From positions 256,001 through 320,000 of the forward strand of contig JBGAHS010000001.1 in NCBI GenBank assembly GCA_044226015.1: 64,000 nucleotides of DNA, read 5' to 3'. Positions 49,788 to 59,877 of the stretch are shown one piece after another (positions within the stretch are counted from its first letter, which is position 1; every line of letters begins with the position of its first letter). Under the pieces are notes generated by a model. The model searched no databases and was not told the DNA's origin. It saw only the letters and a list, made by a program, of their open reading frames with translations. The stretch is from Candidatus Obscuribacteraceae bacterium (lineage in GTDB: Bacteria > Cyanobacteriota > Vampirovibrionia > Obscuribacterales > Obscuribacteraceae). The translations under genes were made by a program, and so were the position numbers.

Positions 49788-51134
49788 CTATTCCTTTTTA
49801 TCGCTTAGTCCTAGTCCAAAAAACTGTCCAGTGTATTCTTGCCAATTACGAACTCTCCCTGAGCGGGTGTCAGAGAGTCCATACAGGCTCGTATAGGTCG
49901 ATGTTTGAATCTCTTTTCTGCTTGCTTCGTCCCAATCTTGATTTGCTATGCGGCTTAAGCCCAGAAGGTCAGATAGCAGGATGGAACACTGCGGAGAAAC
50001 CTTGCAAAAGCGCTTGAAGTATTTTATTTCCTTCGCCAGGAAATTCTCGAGCTTTTCATATTGCCGCATTCGGTTCATGTTGGTTGCTTCGAATACGAGC
50101 CACGACTGCCAGAGTATTGCAATCTTGAGGGCGACATCGTCATCTACAGGTTGAAGTTGATTCTTATTCGCGTCGACAAAACGAAGAACTGCAGTTGATG
50201 ATTGTCCGGCGCAGACTTTCTCTTGCCCTGTCGGCCGATAATGGGTGTTGATTACGAAGTTCAGATTTTGATTTTGTTTGCCAGCGGGAGTGCTGACTCT
50301 AAAAATTGCACTGCGCGATTTCCCAGCAGACAAGCCTCCAAAATCACAGCTGGCGTGCTGCCCCATGCTGTGTGTAGGTATTATGTTCAGCTCCTTAAAT
50401 GCGACATCTTCTGGAAATTCTATTTCCATTCTTATGTTTTCGAGGGTGCGATCACGCAATTCGTCTAATTCTCCGAGGACGACTTGTATGATCTCGGGTG
50501 AGTGAGCCGCATGGTGAATTCTGCCACCACCGTATTGAGCGATAGAATATATCTGAGAACTTGAATAGCCAGAGCCGACTCCAACAGCTGAGGCCGTTAC
50601 TGCCCTCATCTGAAGCTGGGTTGCGTGATGTGCCAGTGCTGCTGGGTCAAGCGTTCCTTCGTTAGCATGTCCATCCGTCAGCAAGACTATGTGGTTTTTC
50701 ATGTTCGAATGCTTCTGCATAACATTGCCCAGGCATTCGGCGCCACGAAACCAACCGGCACTAATATTGGTTCCCGGTCTAACTGATATGTCATTCAAGG
50801 CTGCTCGTGCTGCGGCTTTACCAGTTTTGTCACAAGCGAGACCATCTGCGTGAATTTGCGTGTCACCGCTGAATGAAACAATGGAGACATAATCGTTGTC
50901 ACTGAGGCGATTTATAATGCCCTCTGCTGCTTTAATTGCTGAAGCCATTCGGCTGCCATGCATTGATCGCGAACAATCAATCACAAGGGCAAGATTTATC
51001 GGAGTATCATTCGCGAAAGCCGCCAGAGTTTTTGGCGCTGCACTCAGTTCAACAAGAAGATATCTAATGGACTCTCCGTCCAAGCAGATTAGGTTACGCT
51101 CAAATCGAGCCGCGACACGAAGATCATTGCTCAC
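49788..51134 (-). CDS. von Willebrand factor type A domain protein (YfbK-like)
   Basis: MIDAS motif LVIDCSRSM, GTNISAG, LLTDGHAN; GTG start overlapping the upstream gene end. Confidence 0.88.
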   Translation of the reverse strand: MSNDLRVAARFERNLICLDGESIRYLLVELSAAPKTLAAFANDTPINLALVIDCSRSMHGSRMASAIKAAEGIINRLSDNDYVSIVSFSGDTQIHADGLACDKTGKAAARAALNDISVRPGTNISAGWFRGAECLGNVMQKHSNMKNHIVLLTDGHANEGTLDPAALAHHATQLQMRAVTASAVGVGSGYSSSQIYSIAQYGGGRIHHAAHSPEIIQVVLGELDELRDRTLENIRMEIEFPEDVAFKELNIIPTHSMGQHASCDFGGLSAGKSRSAIFRVSTPAGKQNQNLNFVINTHYRPTGQEKVCAGQSSTAVLRFVDANKNQLQPVDDDVALKIAILWQSWLVFEATNMNRMRQYEKLENFLAKEIKYFKRFCKVSPQCSILLSDLLGLSRIANQDWDEASRKEIQTSTYTSLYGLSDTRSGRVRNWQEYTGQFFGLGLSDKKE

Positions 51135-51783
51135 TATTATTTCCCCCAAGCAAAATTTGGCGTAAGCAATCAGCTATCTTGTCCCACTGCTCAACCTGTC
51201 CCCTATCCTGCAATCCGCGGACTGTGATTTCTACGTCTGGCGTTACGGCAAATCGGTGCCATGTTTGACCTTTGCACGAACGTCCGACCTTGCTTCCTGC
51301 CGCCTCGGTAAGTGCATGCAATAAGCGATCTACTGGCGATTGTGTCGAAAAAAACTGACATTGTGCTTGTGGATCTTCCAATTCACTGTCGGAGAATCCA
51401 ACGCGCTCGCTGCCGCCGATACCACATGCGGTGCGCAGGTAGTCGAGTACAGATTTTGAGTCCGTCGTTTGCTCACCTGCAAGTGCTTTTATGTCTTCTT
51501 CACTCATGCTCAGGAATGCATTTCTTATCTCAGCAATGTTCAATCGGCGATTCTCACGCAGAGCTTTGATGGCTTTCAATCTAAAAACATGAGCGTCATT
51601 GTAGCGAGCATAACGGCCTTTAGTATCGGGTCCACAAAGAAGCCCTTGTTCAATAAAGCTTCTGATCACGCGTTTATCAAAACCCGTCTCATCAGCGAGT
51701 TCTTCGATGCTGAATTGATTCGTAAGCAAAATAAACCTGCTAAAAAAATCGCGCAAAAGCTGTCTGCGAACAGCTTTGCACAT
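51124..51783 (-). CDS. MerR-like helix-turn-helix protein (start uncertain)
   Basis: FSIEELADETG..KRVIRSFIEQGLL.GP...GRYARY...HVFRL; C-terminal WHRFAVTPDVEITVR. Confidence 0.8.
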   Translation of the reverse strand: MCKAVRRQLLRDFFSRFILLTNQFSIEELADETGFDKRVIRSFIEQGLLCGPDTKGRYARYNDAHVFRLKAIKALRENRRLNIAEIRNAFLSMSEEDIKALAGEQTTDSKSVLDYLRTACGIGGSERVGFSDSELEDPQAQCQFFSTQSPVDRLLHALTEAAGSKVGRSCKGQTWHRFAVTPDVEITVRGLQDRGQVEQWDKIADCLRQILLGGNNSEQ

Positions 51784-51916
51784 AATAATGTAATAACCCC
51801 TACTTTCATCTTAGCTTCCTCAATTCGCCATGTCAAGTTTGGCAGCTTATGGCGAATTGAAACCGACAAGTTAGTTTAGCCAGCATGCCAGAGGGACTTT
51901 GTTCATTGATTAGCGA

Positions 51917-52465
51917 TTACTGCTGAGCTTCGTTCTGCCCTGTTGATTTAGTGAGCTGGTACAGATACATCTCGTAGGCTGATAGAAGGAAATCAGCTAG
52001 GGCTGCCGGGTTTGCTGCCAGTTCGACTTCCTCGCCGGCATAAATCGTCTTATTGCTGCCAGCTTTTCGCAGTTGAACTGTCTGCAAGATCTCTGCTAAC
52101 TTTGCCAGAAAAGTGCTTTCATCAAATGCTTTGAGAATGAAATTCTCTGCTCCGCATTCGAGCATTTTGAGAATCTCGCCTTTCTCAACAGGCGTTGCTA
52201 AAAGGATGAAAGGAATGTTCTTGCTCGCATCTTTCTGCTTCAGTTCTTTGCACAATTGAAATCCATCCATGCCCGGCATGTTGATGTCAGACAAGATGAT
52301 GTCGTAGCTTGCATCTTTTTCGATTTCGTCTAGGGCCGCCTTGGCGTTGCGCGCCAATTTGACTGTGTAACCGACCTTCTTTAATTGGTGCTGCATGAGC
52401 AAGGCCTGCGTTAAGGTGTCTTCCACCAATAAGATGTTTGCTTTTGGGTTTTCGCCTGACTCCAT
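51917..52465 (-). CDS. Response regulator receiver protein without recognisable output domain
   Basis: LLVED, ILSDINMPGMDG, FILK; short C-terminal helix. Confidence 0.9.
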   Translation of the reverse strand: MESGENPKANILLVEDTLTQALLMQHQLKKVGYTVKLARNAKAALDEIEKDASYDIILSDINMPGMDGFQLCKELKQKDASKNIPFILLATPVEKGEILKMLECGAENFILKAFDESTFLAKLAEILQTVQLRKAGSNKTIYAGEEVELAANPAALADFLLSAYEMYLYQLTKSTGQNEAQQ

Positions 52466-52478
52466 GGAGAGTTCCTTT

Positions 52479-53558
52479 CTACAATTTGTGCGTACCGAAT
52501 ATCTGGTTTATGAGTTTTGCACTGGCGGTTGGTGAGAGAATATACTCCGCCGCATTCAGTTTGGCAGCTTCACCAGGCATGCCATAAAGAATTGCGCTCT
52601 TCTTGTCTTGTGCTATTGTCAGAGCGCCCTTTTCCCGCATTAGTTTCAGTTCTTCGGCTCCATCATTGCCCATACCGCTGAGTATGATACCAATAGAACG
52701 GGCTCCGAATGAACCTGCTACAGTCGAAAAGAGGTGGGAAACTGATGGGCAGTGATGTGTATCACCATTTTGTGGGACTACAGTTATGGTTCCGTCGGCT
52801 TTAATTCCCATCTGGAAACCATTCTCGCAGAGGTAGACTCTTCCTGGCTGTGCTTTTGCATTCTTGCTTAGCAATTCTACTTTCCATGAAGTTTCCGCAA
52901 TGAGCCACTCAACAAGACCAGGCGCAAAGCCCGGGTAAATGTGCTGAACTAAAAGTACAGGAATTGGAATTTTGGTGTTAAGTTCTTTCAGTAGAGACAT
53001 AACGGCAGGCGGACCACCGGTCGAGGCACCTATTGCCAGTACCCCATATTGGTTTGCTGCCGACTTAGAGCTGGGCTTGCTTATTTGGGGGATCTCGGCA
53101 ACAGGCTCTTTCTTGTTGAGCCGCCGCTTCACAACTTTAACCGCGGACATATCTTTGACGATTTGTCGCAAGCTGGCGGCAGTTTTTGCAAACTCCGGAT
53201 GATTTAGCGCCGGTGGTTTTGGCATCGCTGCTAGTGCACCAGCCTGTACGATCTCCATCGCTATGTGCGTATCACCGGCCTGGCAACTTGTGCTGATCAC
53301 GACTATGGGCACTGGAGTGCTCTGCATAATTTCTCTGGTGACTTCCAAACCGTTCGAACGTTTGATTTGAATATCCATTGTCACCACATCTGGTTTCAAA
53401 TTTACAACGGCTTCTAGTGCAGTTTTTTCATCGTCAGCTGTGCCTATAACCTCAAAAGTAGGATCTTGTGAGAAGATATGCCTCAGCATTTGTTGCATGA
53501 GGGGTGAATCTTCAACAATCAATACTCTTATTTTTGATTTGGTAGCTGCTGGGCTCAT
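52479..53558 (-). CDS. cheB: Chemotaxis methylesterase CheB (WspF-like)
   Basis: REC domain + GASTGGP, VQH, GMGNDGA catalytic motifs. Confidence 0.95.
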   Translation of the reverse strand: MSPAATKSKIRVLIVEDSPLMQQMLRHIFSQDPTFEVIGTADDEKTALEAVVNLKPDVVTMDIQIKRSNGLEVTREIMQSTPVPIVVISTSCQAGDTHIAMEIVQAGALAAMPKPPALNHPEFAKTAASLRQIVKDMSAVKVVKRRLNKKEPVAEIPQISKPSSKSAANQYGVLAIGASTGGPPAVMSLLKELNTKIPIPVLLVQHIYPGFAPGLVEWLIAETSWKVELLSKNAKAQPGRVYLCENGFQMGIKADGTITVVPQNGDTHHCPSVSHLFSTVAGSFGARSIGIILSGMGNDGAEELKLMREKGALTIAQDKKSAILYGMPGEAAKLNAAEYILSPTASAKLINQIFGTHKL

Positions 53559-56170
53559 GTTAGCCTCTCAATCAGCTCTAAAATCATTGTGCGATTAAAT
53601 TCTAGTTTGCTGAAATATGCATCGCCGCCATCAGTCTTGCAAAGGTTTTCGCCGTCGCTTTGATTATGTGAGCCAAAGAATATTACGGGCAAATCTTTGA
53701 GACGCAGATCTTTCCTTATCCAGAAGGCTAGTCCACTCTCGTGACTTTCGCTTAGCTCGTTGCTTTTCAAAACGACCAGGGGCTCTTCTTCATCTAAACC
53801 TTCCAGTGCTTTTTCATTACTTTCGAATGTGCGCACCACATACCCCTCGCTTTCGAGTAGCGATTTCAACATTATTAGTGAGGTTACGTGGCGGTCAACG
53901 AGAAACACAGAGCGTTCTGTCTGCCGTTGTGCCCTTTCTACATCGTGCGAGAGTTCATCTGTCAAAAGTTTATCGGCTATGCTGTGTTTCCCAGCTGATT
54001 CCAATAAGTCTGCAATGTTCAAAACAGGAACGACTTGACCCGACCCGAGTATGGTGGCACCTGAAATATTCGCTACTCGAGCTAAAGGGTAAGAAAGTCC
54101 CCTGACCAGAACCTCGTGCTCGTGCAATATCTCATCCACTAGAAATCCTGCGCGACGATCGCCCGTTTCCAGCACGAGGATTTGTTGATAGCTTCGAGCC
54201 GCCTTCGACTTGAAATCGTGAGTTCTAGGAATGTTCAAAACATCTGACATGGACTGAACGCTTGTTAGTTGTCCATTCACCATTGCAACATTGCGACTTC
54301 CCTTCTGTCTGATTTCAGACCGTTGAACTCTGCCTGCATAGTGAACATGTAATGTTGGAATGATGAAACTCTGTTTGCCAGACATCACCTGAATTCCTCT
54401 GAACGTTGAGAGCTTCGTGGGCAATTGGAGAATAAATTTTGTGCCTTTTCCAAGCTTTGTTTCAACTATTACCCTTCCGCCAAGCTCGTGAAGTCTTTCA
54501 CGAACTATCGCCATGCCCAAGCCGCGTCCCGAAATTTCGGTTAGTTTTTCACTTGTGGAAACCGCCGAGCGGTACATAAGTTCAATAGCATCTTGCTCGC
54601 TCATTTCGGAAGCTTCGTCATTACTGATGGCGCCTTCTTTCAATGCTGCAGCTTTCAATTTCTCCGCATTAATTCCACGTCCATCATCCTGAATAATCAG
54701 CTGAACGTAACCGCTTTCATCTTGCCGGGCGCCGATTCTCAATGAGGCTTTGCCGGGTTTTCCGGCAGCTATTCGTTGCTCACTTGTTTCAATGCCGTGG
54801 TCAAGGCTATTTCTGACCAGGTGAATTACTGGGTCTTTGATTTCTTCAAGTATTCTGCGGTCGATTTCGATTTCACTTCCGAATATCTCAAGTTCAACCT
54901 CTTTATGCAGCTCTCTTGAAAGGTCTCTTACAACTTTGGGCACGACTGACAAAAGCGATGTGAAATCTTGCATCAAGAGCGACTTCACGGAATCAATGAA
55001 GCCGTCAACCATGTTGAAGCACAGTCGCTGCTCGGTATTTTGTCTGCGCATTTTGCTTGTCAGCGATGAATCAAGAGAGTTGCTTATGCCAGCCAGAGTG
55101 TCCATGATCATTGCCAGCGTTCTTTCGACGTTGATCTCGTCTCTTTTCTCTCGCTGCTCTTTGATATTCTCGGAGAGTTTCTGCGCTTCATTACTTAGTG
55201 TCTTTGAGATTAGCCTCAAATCGCGTAAGTCATCCAGGTGCTGCTCACTGACCTGTTTTAATACCAGCATTTCTTCTGATTCTCTCAGAAGTTTGTCTAG
55301 TTTCCACAAAGCAATTCTTGTGCTTGCAGCTGCCTTGTCCATCCCTGTTGCAGCTTTTACGGCGGTGCTTGTGCCGCCTTGTGCACTTGGTTCTGCCGAG
55401 CGATTTGCTGGCGCAGCAACATCATGTTTTTGTGGCGCCGCCGTTGCTGGCGAATGTTGTGCTGGTGAATGTTGTGCTGGAACTTGTCCTGCTTGTGGAT
55501 TTGACTGTGGAGGTGTCGCACTGGCAGGTGCAGCTGCTGCTGAGTTCGCGCCTGGGTGCCCCGTTGAAGGTGCCAGCGCCGGAGCTTCGGCAGAATGTTG
55601 TGGTGCTTGTGCTATGCCTCCAGGTTGCGCTTGAGGCGCTGTGCCTGCTGGCGCAGCTTGTTGACCTGTGGGTGGGGCACTAGCCTGGGTAGGATTGTTG
55701 GAGCCTTGAGCCTGAACTTCTCCAGTACCTGCAAGACCTGCTTCCATTCGTAATCGCTGACGCTCGTCAAGCATTTTTAGTCGATGAAGGGTCTCATTGA
55801 GATCCTCTGGTTGATACTCAGCCTGTCCTTCTTCTACTTTGTTTATGATCTCATCGACGCTATCAATCGCTTTGTGAAACACGTCGGCTGCTTCTGGCTT
55901 GAGAAGCTCTTTCTTTCTCCTCATACTGAAAATTGCGCTTTCCATCAATTGACAGATAGTTTCAACAGGAGTGACACCAGCAGCTCTGCTATTGCCTTTC
56001 ATGCTGTGTAATTCGTGCAATATGTTCTCAGACTGAGTCTGTTTCTCTTCGTCTTCTTTGCTGCTTTCCATGTTGATGACATTCGTCATGATTGTCTGCA
56101 GCTGTTCGCGAGCCTCGATTACAAAGGCTTCTTGAAGTTGTTTCAAAAATTCTTCATCAATCTCGCTCAC
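53555..56170 (-). CDS. cheA: Hybrid chemosensory kinase CheA (HPt-linker-HATPase-CheW-degenerate REC; WspE-like)
   Basis: HSMKG, HLVRNSLDHGIE, DDGRGI, ISGRGLGM, GATILGSG. Confidence 0.95.
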   Translation of the reverse strand: MSEIDEEFLKQLQEAFVIEAREQLQTIMTNVINMESSKEDEEKQTQSENILHELHSMKGNSRAAGVTPVETICQLMESAIFSMRRKKELLKPEAADVFHKAIDSVDEIINKVEEGQAEYQPEDLNETLHRLKMLDERQRLRMEAGLAGTGEVQAQGSNNPTQASAPPTGQQAAPAGTAPQAQPGGIAQAPQHSAEAPALAPSTGHPGANSAAAAPASATPPQSNPQAGQVPAQHSPAQHSPATAAPQKHDVAAPANRSAEPSAQGGTSTAVKAATGMDKAAASTRIALWKLDKLLRESEEMLVLKQVSEQHLDDLRDLRLISKTLSNEAQKLSENIKEQREKRDEINVERTLAMIMDTLAGISNSLDSSLTSKMRRQNTEQRLCFNMVDGFIDSVKSLLMQDFTSLLSVVPKVVRDLSRELHKEVELEIFGSEIEIDRRILEEIKDPVIHLVRNSLDHGIETSEQRIAAGKPGKASLRIGARQDESGYVQLIIQDDGRGINAEKLKAAALKEGAISNDEASEMSEQDAIELMYRSAVSTSEKLTEISGRGLGMAIVRERLHELGGRVIVETKLGKGTKFILQLPTKLSTFRGIQVMSGKQSFIIPTLHVHYAGRVQRSEIRQKGSRNVAMVNGQLTSVQSMSDVLNIPRTHDFKSKAARSYQQILVLETGDRRAGFLVDEILHEHEVLVRGLSYPLARVANISGATILGSGQVVPVLNIADLLESAGKHSIADKLLTDELSHDVERAQRQTERSVFLVDRHVTSLIMLKSLLESEGYVVRTFESNEKALEGLDEEEPLVVLKSNELSESHESGLAFWIRKDLRLKDLPVIFFGSHNQSDGENLCKTDGGDAYFSKLEFNRTMILELIERLT

Positions 56171-56180
56171 ATCATCACCA

Positions 56181-56729
56181 TTATGGATAAGTCTCTACAA
56201 TCAGTCGTGGGTCCGAAAAAAGTTTTTCAACGTCGAGCACTGCTGTGCGATCTTGACGCACTCCTTTCAAGAGAGGCGCTAGCATGGGGCTGACTAGCTG
56301 TCGTGCATCTTGCAGTTCCTTTTCGAGAATCGACGAGATGCCCGCAATCTCATCAACGGCAATGGCTGTTTGTCCATTAGTAAGTTGAACTACTACGATT
56401 TGAAGTTCTGATTTCTTTTCGCTGGCACCGAGCTCTAGTATCGAGCGCAAATCAATGAGGGGCAGAATTTGCCCGCGAAAATTCATCAAGCCCAGAACGA
56501 AATCAGGAGTGCAGGGAAGTTCTGTCCAAGTCGAAAGCTTGTTTGCTTCCCGCACAAATTTAGCCTCAATGGCAAATCGCTCGTTCGAAATAACAAGTTC
56601 GAGAACGTCTAATTCGTTTTCCTTTTGCGCAGTAGAAAGAGGTGCTTGCGCAAGAAAAGCAGCACGCTCGTCAAGAATGGCTTTGCGCTGCTCTTTTGTT
56701 AATTCTTCGCTGTCTTCTCTATTTGCCAT
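56181..56729 (-). CDS. cheW: CheW adaptor (WspD-like)
   Basis: LPCTPDFVLGLMNFRGQILPLIDL. Confidence 0.92.
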   Translation of the reverse strand: MANREDSEELTKEQRKAILDERAAFLAQAPLSTAQKENELDVLELVISNERFAIEAKFVREANKLSTWTELPCTPDFVLGLMNFRGQILPLIDLRSILELGASEKKSELQIVVVQLTNGQTAIAVDEIAGISSILEKELQDARQLVSPMLAPLLKGVRQDRTAVLDVEKLFSDPRLIVETYP

Positions 56730-56740
56730 ATTGCTTTCCG

Positions 56741-57586
56741 CTAGGTTTCCTTCTTCCGAAACATGGTTGACGAAAATCGCTCCATGTCTTGTGGTGGCGC
56801 AGCGATGAATCTAGCTGAGTCATTGGCACTCGTGATAAGAATGCCACCAGGGCTCAGGCAAGCAGCAAGCTTGTCGACAATTTCTTTACTCTTTTGCTGA
56901 GTAAAATAAATGAGAACGTTTCGGCAAAATATTATGTCTACATCTTTAGTATTATTTGCCATTGCAGGAAAATGGTCTTCGGCAAGATTCAAATAACCGA
57001 ATTTAACCAGCTCACTTAGCGTTGATTTCAGTTGGAAGAATCCGTCAGGTGTTTCGTTAAAATAGTGAGACAAAAATTCGTCTGGCGTTGTTCTGAAAGA
57101 CCAAGAACTGTAACTTGCCTTCTTAGCTTTCTCCAAACTTCTCGTGTTGATATCTGTAGCAAGTAGGCTCACATCGTAGGTATCGAGGCTCTTCAAGCTG
57201 CGTAAAAGACTTATTGCGATGGAGAAGGGCTCCTCACCTGTGCTGCAACCGGCACTCCAAATCTTCAGCTGTCTTTTGCCTTTCTTTCTTCGAATGATGG
57301 CTGGAATCAATTTTTCTTCCAGAGAGACAAACACTGAAGGATCGCGAAAGAAGTATGTTTCCCCGATGGTCAAATTGCGAACAATTGTTTGCAACTGAAC
57401 TTTAGTCAATCGATTTGCTAAAAGATCCTCTATACATTTTGCCGTGTCGTCGTAAGACAATTCCTTTGCCGAGACTCTCAGTCCACGTTCAAGGTCTGAG
57501 TATCTTTTTTCGTTAAAAAACAGACCCACTCTTGCCGATAGGTGCTCGTTTACAGCGTTAAGTAAATCTGGTATCACGACTTCCAT
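56741..57586 (-). CDS. cheR: Chemotaxis methyltransferase CheR, no TPR tail
   Basis: LTIGETYFFRD, IWSAGCSTGEEP, DIIFCRNVLIYF. Confidence 0.95.
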   Translation of the reverse strand: MEVVIPDLLNAVNEHLSARVGLFFNEKRYSDLERGLRVSAKELSYDDTAKCIEDLLANRLTKVQLQTIVRNLTIGETYFFRDPSVFVSLEEKLIPAIIRRKKGKRQLKIWSAGCSTGEEPFSIAISLLRSLKSLDTYDVSLLATDINTRSLEKAKKASYSSWSFRTTPDEFLSHYFNETPDGFFQLKSTLSELVKFGYLNLAEDHFPAMANNTKDVDIIFCRNVLIYFTQQKSKEIVDKLAACLSPGGILITSANDSARFIAAPPQDMERFSSTMFRKKET

Positions 57587-57588
57587 TG

Positions 57589-58044
57589 TTAAACCTCGCT
57601 GCGAGCTAGTGCTGCTGCGAGAGAGAGTTCTTCTTCAGAGCTTAAGAACTTTTCGATATCATGCAGTAAAACGATGCCTTCATCAATACTGAAGGCACCC
57701 TTTAAATGTTTAAGCTCTGCCGCCTGCGGAAGCTTCTCTATCTTTCTGTTGTTGGTGACATCCTCCACGTCATCCACTACCAGTCCTAAAAGAGCTTCTT
57801 GCCGCCGTAAGATTATTATTTCGTCCGTGGTCTCCATTTCCCGTTCTTCTAGCTTCAGTTTTTGTCTCAAGCTTAAAACAGGAACTGGTATGCCATTTAG
57901 ATTGAGTAGCCCGAGCACGTTCGGAGGCGCGCCCGGAATTGGCTTCAAAGACGCAGCCCTTACTACCCTGTCCACTTGATCTAAATCAACTGCGAGTCGT
58001 ATGTCTTCAATTATGAACACTAATAGTCCCGTTGAATCTGCCAT
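57589..58044 (-). CDS. cheW: CheW adaptor (WspB-like)
   Basis: IPGAPPNVLGLLNLNG.PVPVLSL, LGLVVDDV. Confidence 0.9.
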   Translation of the reverse strand: MADSTGLLVFIIEDIRLAVDLDQVDRVVRAASLKPIPGAPPNVLGLLNLNGIPVPVLSLRQKLKLEEREMETTDEIIILRRQEALLGLVVDDVEDVTNNRKIEKLPQAAELKHLKGAFSIDEGIVLLHDIEKFLSSEEELSLAAALARSEV

Positions 58045-58224
58045 CAGGCTACGCCAATTATGCACCCGTCTCCACTTACCACATAGTCGGCAGTATTAAT
58101 CGCTACAACATTATCGGGCGGTCAGTATTTAATGAATATCTTTACCTTCAATGCCGTGGACTAGCGGTAGCTTTGTGGCATTGAGAATCTGGGTTAGCAG
58201 CTCATTTACTTTCTCGGACACTCG

Positions 58225-59862
58225 ATGAACTCAATTACTGGTTCAACTCTGACATTATCAAACAGACCTCTGGCAACAAGAGTTATTTCGCTACTGCTGT
58301 TTGCGGCTTCGTGTTGGTTGCTATATTTCAATTTCACGCCTGCATATGCTAACGTGACAGTTTTTACGCTTTCGCTTTTCGCGGTTAGCTTGTTGTCCTA
58401 TGGTTTTGCTCGCTCAAGCTATCCTGATGAGAAGGTTTCGCCCACTCTGTCGGCTGCACTCGTGACAGCCGCGGCTGTCATCATGAGCGCACTTCATGGC
58501 AAATATAGCTGTCACTATTCGGTAATGCTCGCGCTAGCTTTATCGGCGACTTACAAAAGTCGTTCTATCATGGCGGTTGCAGCAACTGCCGCAATTGTAG
58601 AGCAGTTTGTGATTGGTGTTTTTTATCACGACACTATTTTTCCGGCCAGCCTTAGCAGCTCAGAAGATTGGATGCTAAGTCACTACCTCTGGGTGGTGTT
58701 GACTGGCGTTGTGTTGATGTTTTCTTGTGAGTCGAGCCGCAGCTCGAGCGCCACAAGTACTACAGCTGCTGCACCTGTGCTTGCGGCTCCGGAGGCTCCC
58801 AAGGTTCCTACAGAGGCCGAATTGACGACAACTTACATGGTATTACCTAAAGTGGCAGCAAAAGCTTCCGCTGATACGTCTGGCGGTTTTCCTGCTCTCA
58901 ACCTGGAGAACGTACCTGCAGATCTTGAAGAGCTGGTTAAGGCAGCAAGTGAAGTCGGTAAGCGCGCGCAAAAATTGCATCGCTCAATCTCAAACATTGA
59001 GGGTCCACTTAAGCGTATGGTTCAATCCATCAATGGCGCTAACAGAGGCATGCAAGAAATTAAAGATGAGCTGTCTCGCACTGCTGCATCTGTTATTCAG
59101 ATTACTCAGAGCTCCGAGATGCACGCAAACAAAGCGCAAGATGTGTTTACCGCTGCAGAAGAAGCTGCTTATGGTTCGCAAATTGGTGCACTTTCAACTG
59201 AGCAAACTATCAGAAACATGGACCGAATTCGCGATCAGATGGATTCTATTGCCGCAAGAATGGACAATCTTCTGAACAAGAGTCAACTAATGGTTCAAGT
59301 CGTTGGTTTTGCCGATGAACTGGCTTTGCAATCGAAAGTCTTGTCCGTGAACGCAGCTATTGAAGCAGCGAAAGCTGGAGACAGAGGTCATGGATTCACC
59401 GCTGTAGCCAGAGAAGTAAAAAGTCTTGCAAACCAATCGAAAGACGCAACAAGACAGGTTAGGCAGATTCTCAAAGAGATTCAAAAATCAATTGCTGAGG
59501 TCCGTCGTTCAATTGCTCTGGGTAACGAAACCGTAAACCTTGCAAGCGATCAATGTCAGAGCACTGTTGAGTCAATTCGTGGATTAGACAACAGCGTAAA
59601 CAGTTCGCGTGACGCGGCTGAGGCAATCATGAATTCGAGTAAGGACCAGGTCAACGGCATCATGTTGATTTCGCATGCAATGAACGATATTCAAATTGTT
59701 TCGGAACAAAATTCAAGCAGTCTTGCCAATTTGCAAGTCGAAGCTCAAAAGCTCAATACAATCACCAAAGAGTTAGTAAATGAAATGTCTGGTTACCAGA
59801 CGTTGATTGAAAAGTTAATGGCTCAGTGTGCCGCGCTGAGTCAAAGCGATTCTGGCAGTTAA
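58225..59862 (+). CDS. Methyl-accepting chemotaxis protein with multi-TM N-terminus
   Basis: Hairpin tip LSVNAAIEAAKAGDRGHGFTAVAREVKSLA; about 5-6 TM helices. Confidence 0.92.
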   Translation: MNSITGSTLTLSNRPLATRVISLLLFAASCWLLYFNFTPAYANVTVFTLSLFAVSLLSYGFARSSYPDEKVSPTLSAALVTAAAVIMSALHGKYSCHYSVMLALALSATYKSRSIMAVAATAAIVEQFVIGVFYHDTIFPASLSSSEDWMLSHYLWVVLTGVVLMFSCESSRSSSATSTTAAAPVLAAPEAPKVPTEAELTTTYMVLPKVAAKASADTSGGFPALNLENVPADLEELVKAASEVGKRAQKLHRSISNIEGPLKRMVQSINGANRGMQEIKDELSRTAASVIQITQSSEMHANKAQDVFTAAEEAAYGSQIGALSTEQTIRNMDRIRDQMDSIAARMDNLLNKSQLMVQVVGFADELALQSKVLSVNAAIEAAKAGDRGHGFTAVAREVKSLANQSKDATRQVRQILKEIQKSIAEVRRSIALGNETVNLASDQCQSTVESIRGLDNSVNSSRDAAEAIMNSSKDQVNGIMLISHAMNDIQIVSEQNSSSLANLQVEAQKLNTITKELVNEMSGYQTLIEKLMAQCAALSQSDSGS

Positions 59863-59877
59863 GGAGCCGATAGATCT

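Noticed and set aside
54837..55634. 265-aa plus-strand ORF
   Set aside because: Antisense in-frame shadow of cheA.
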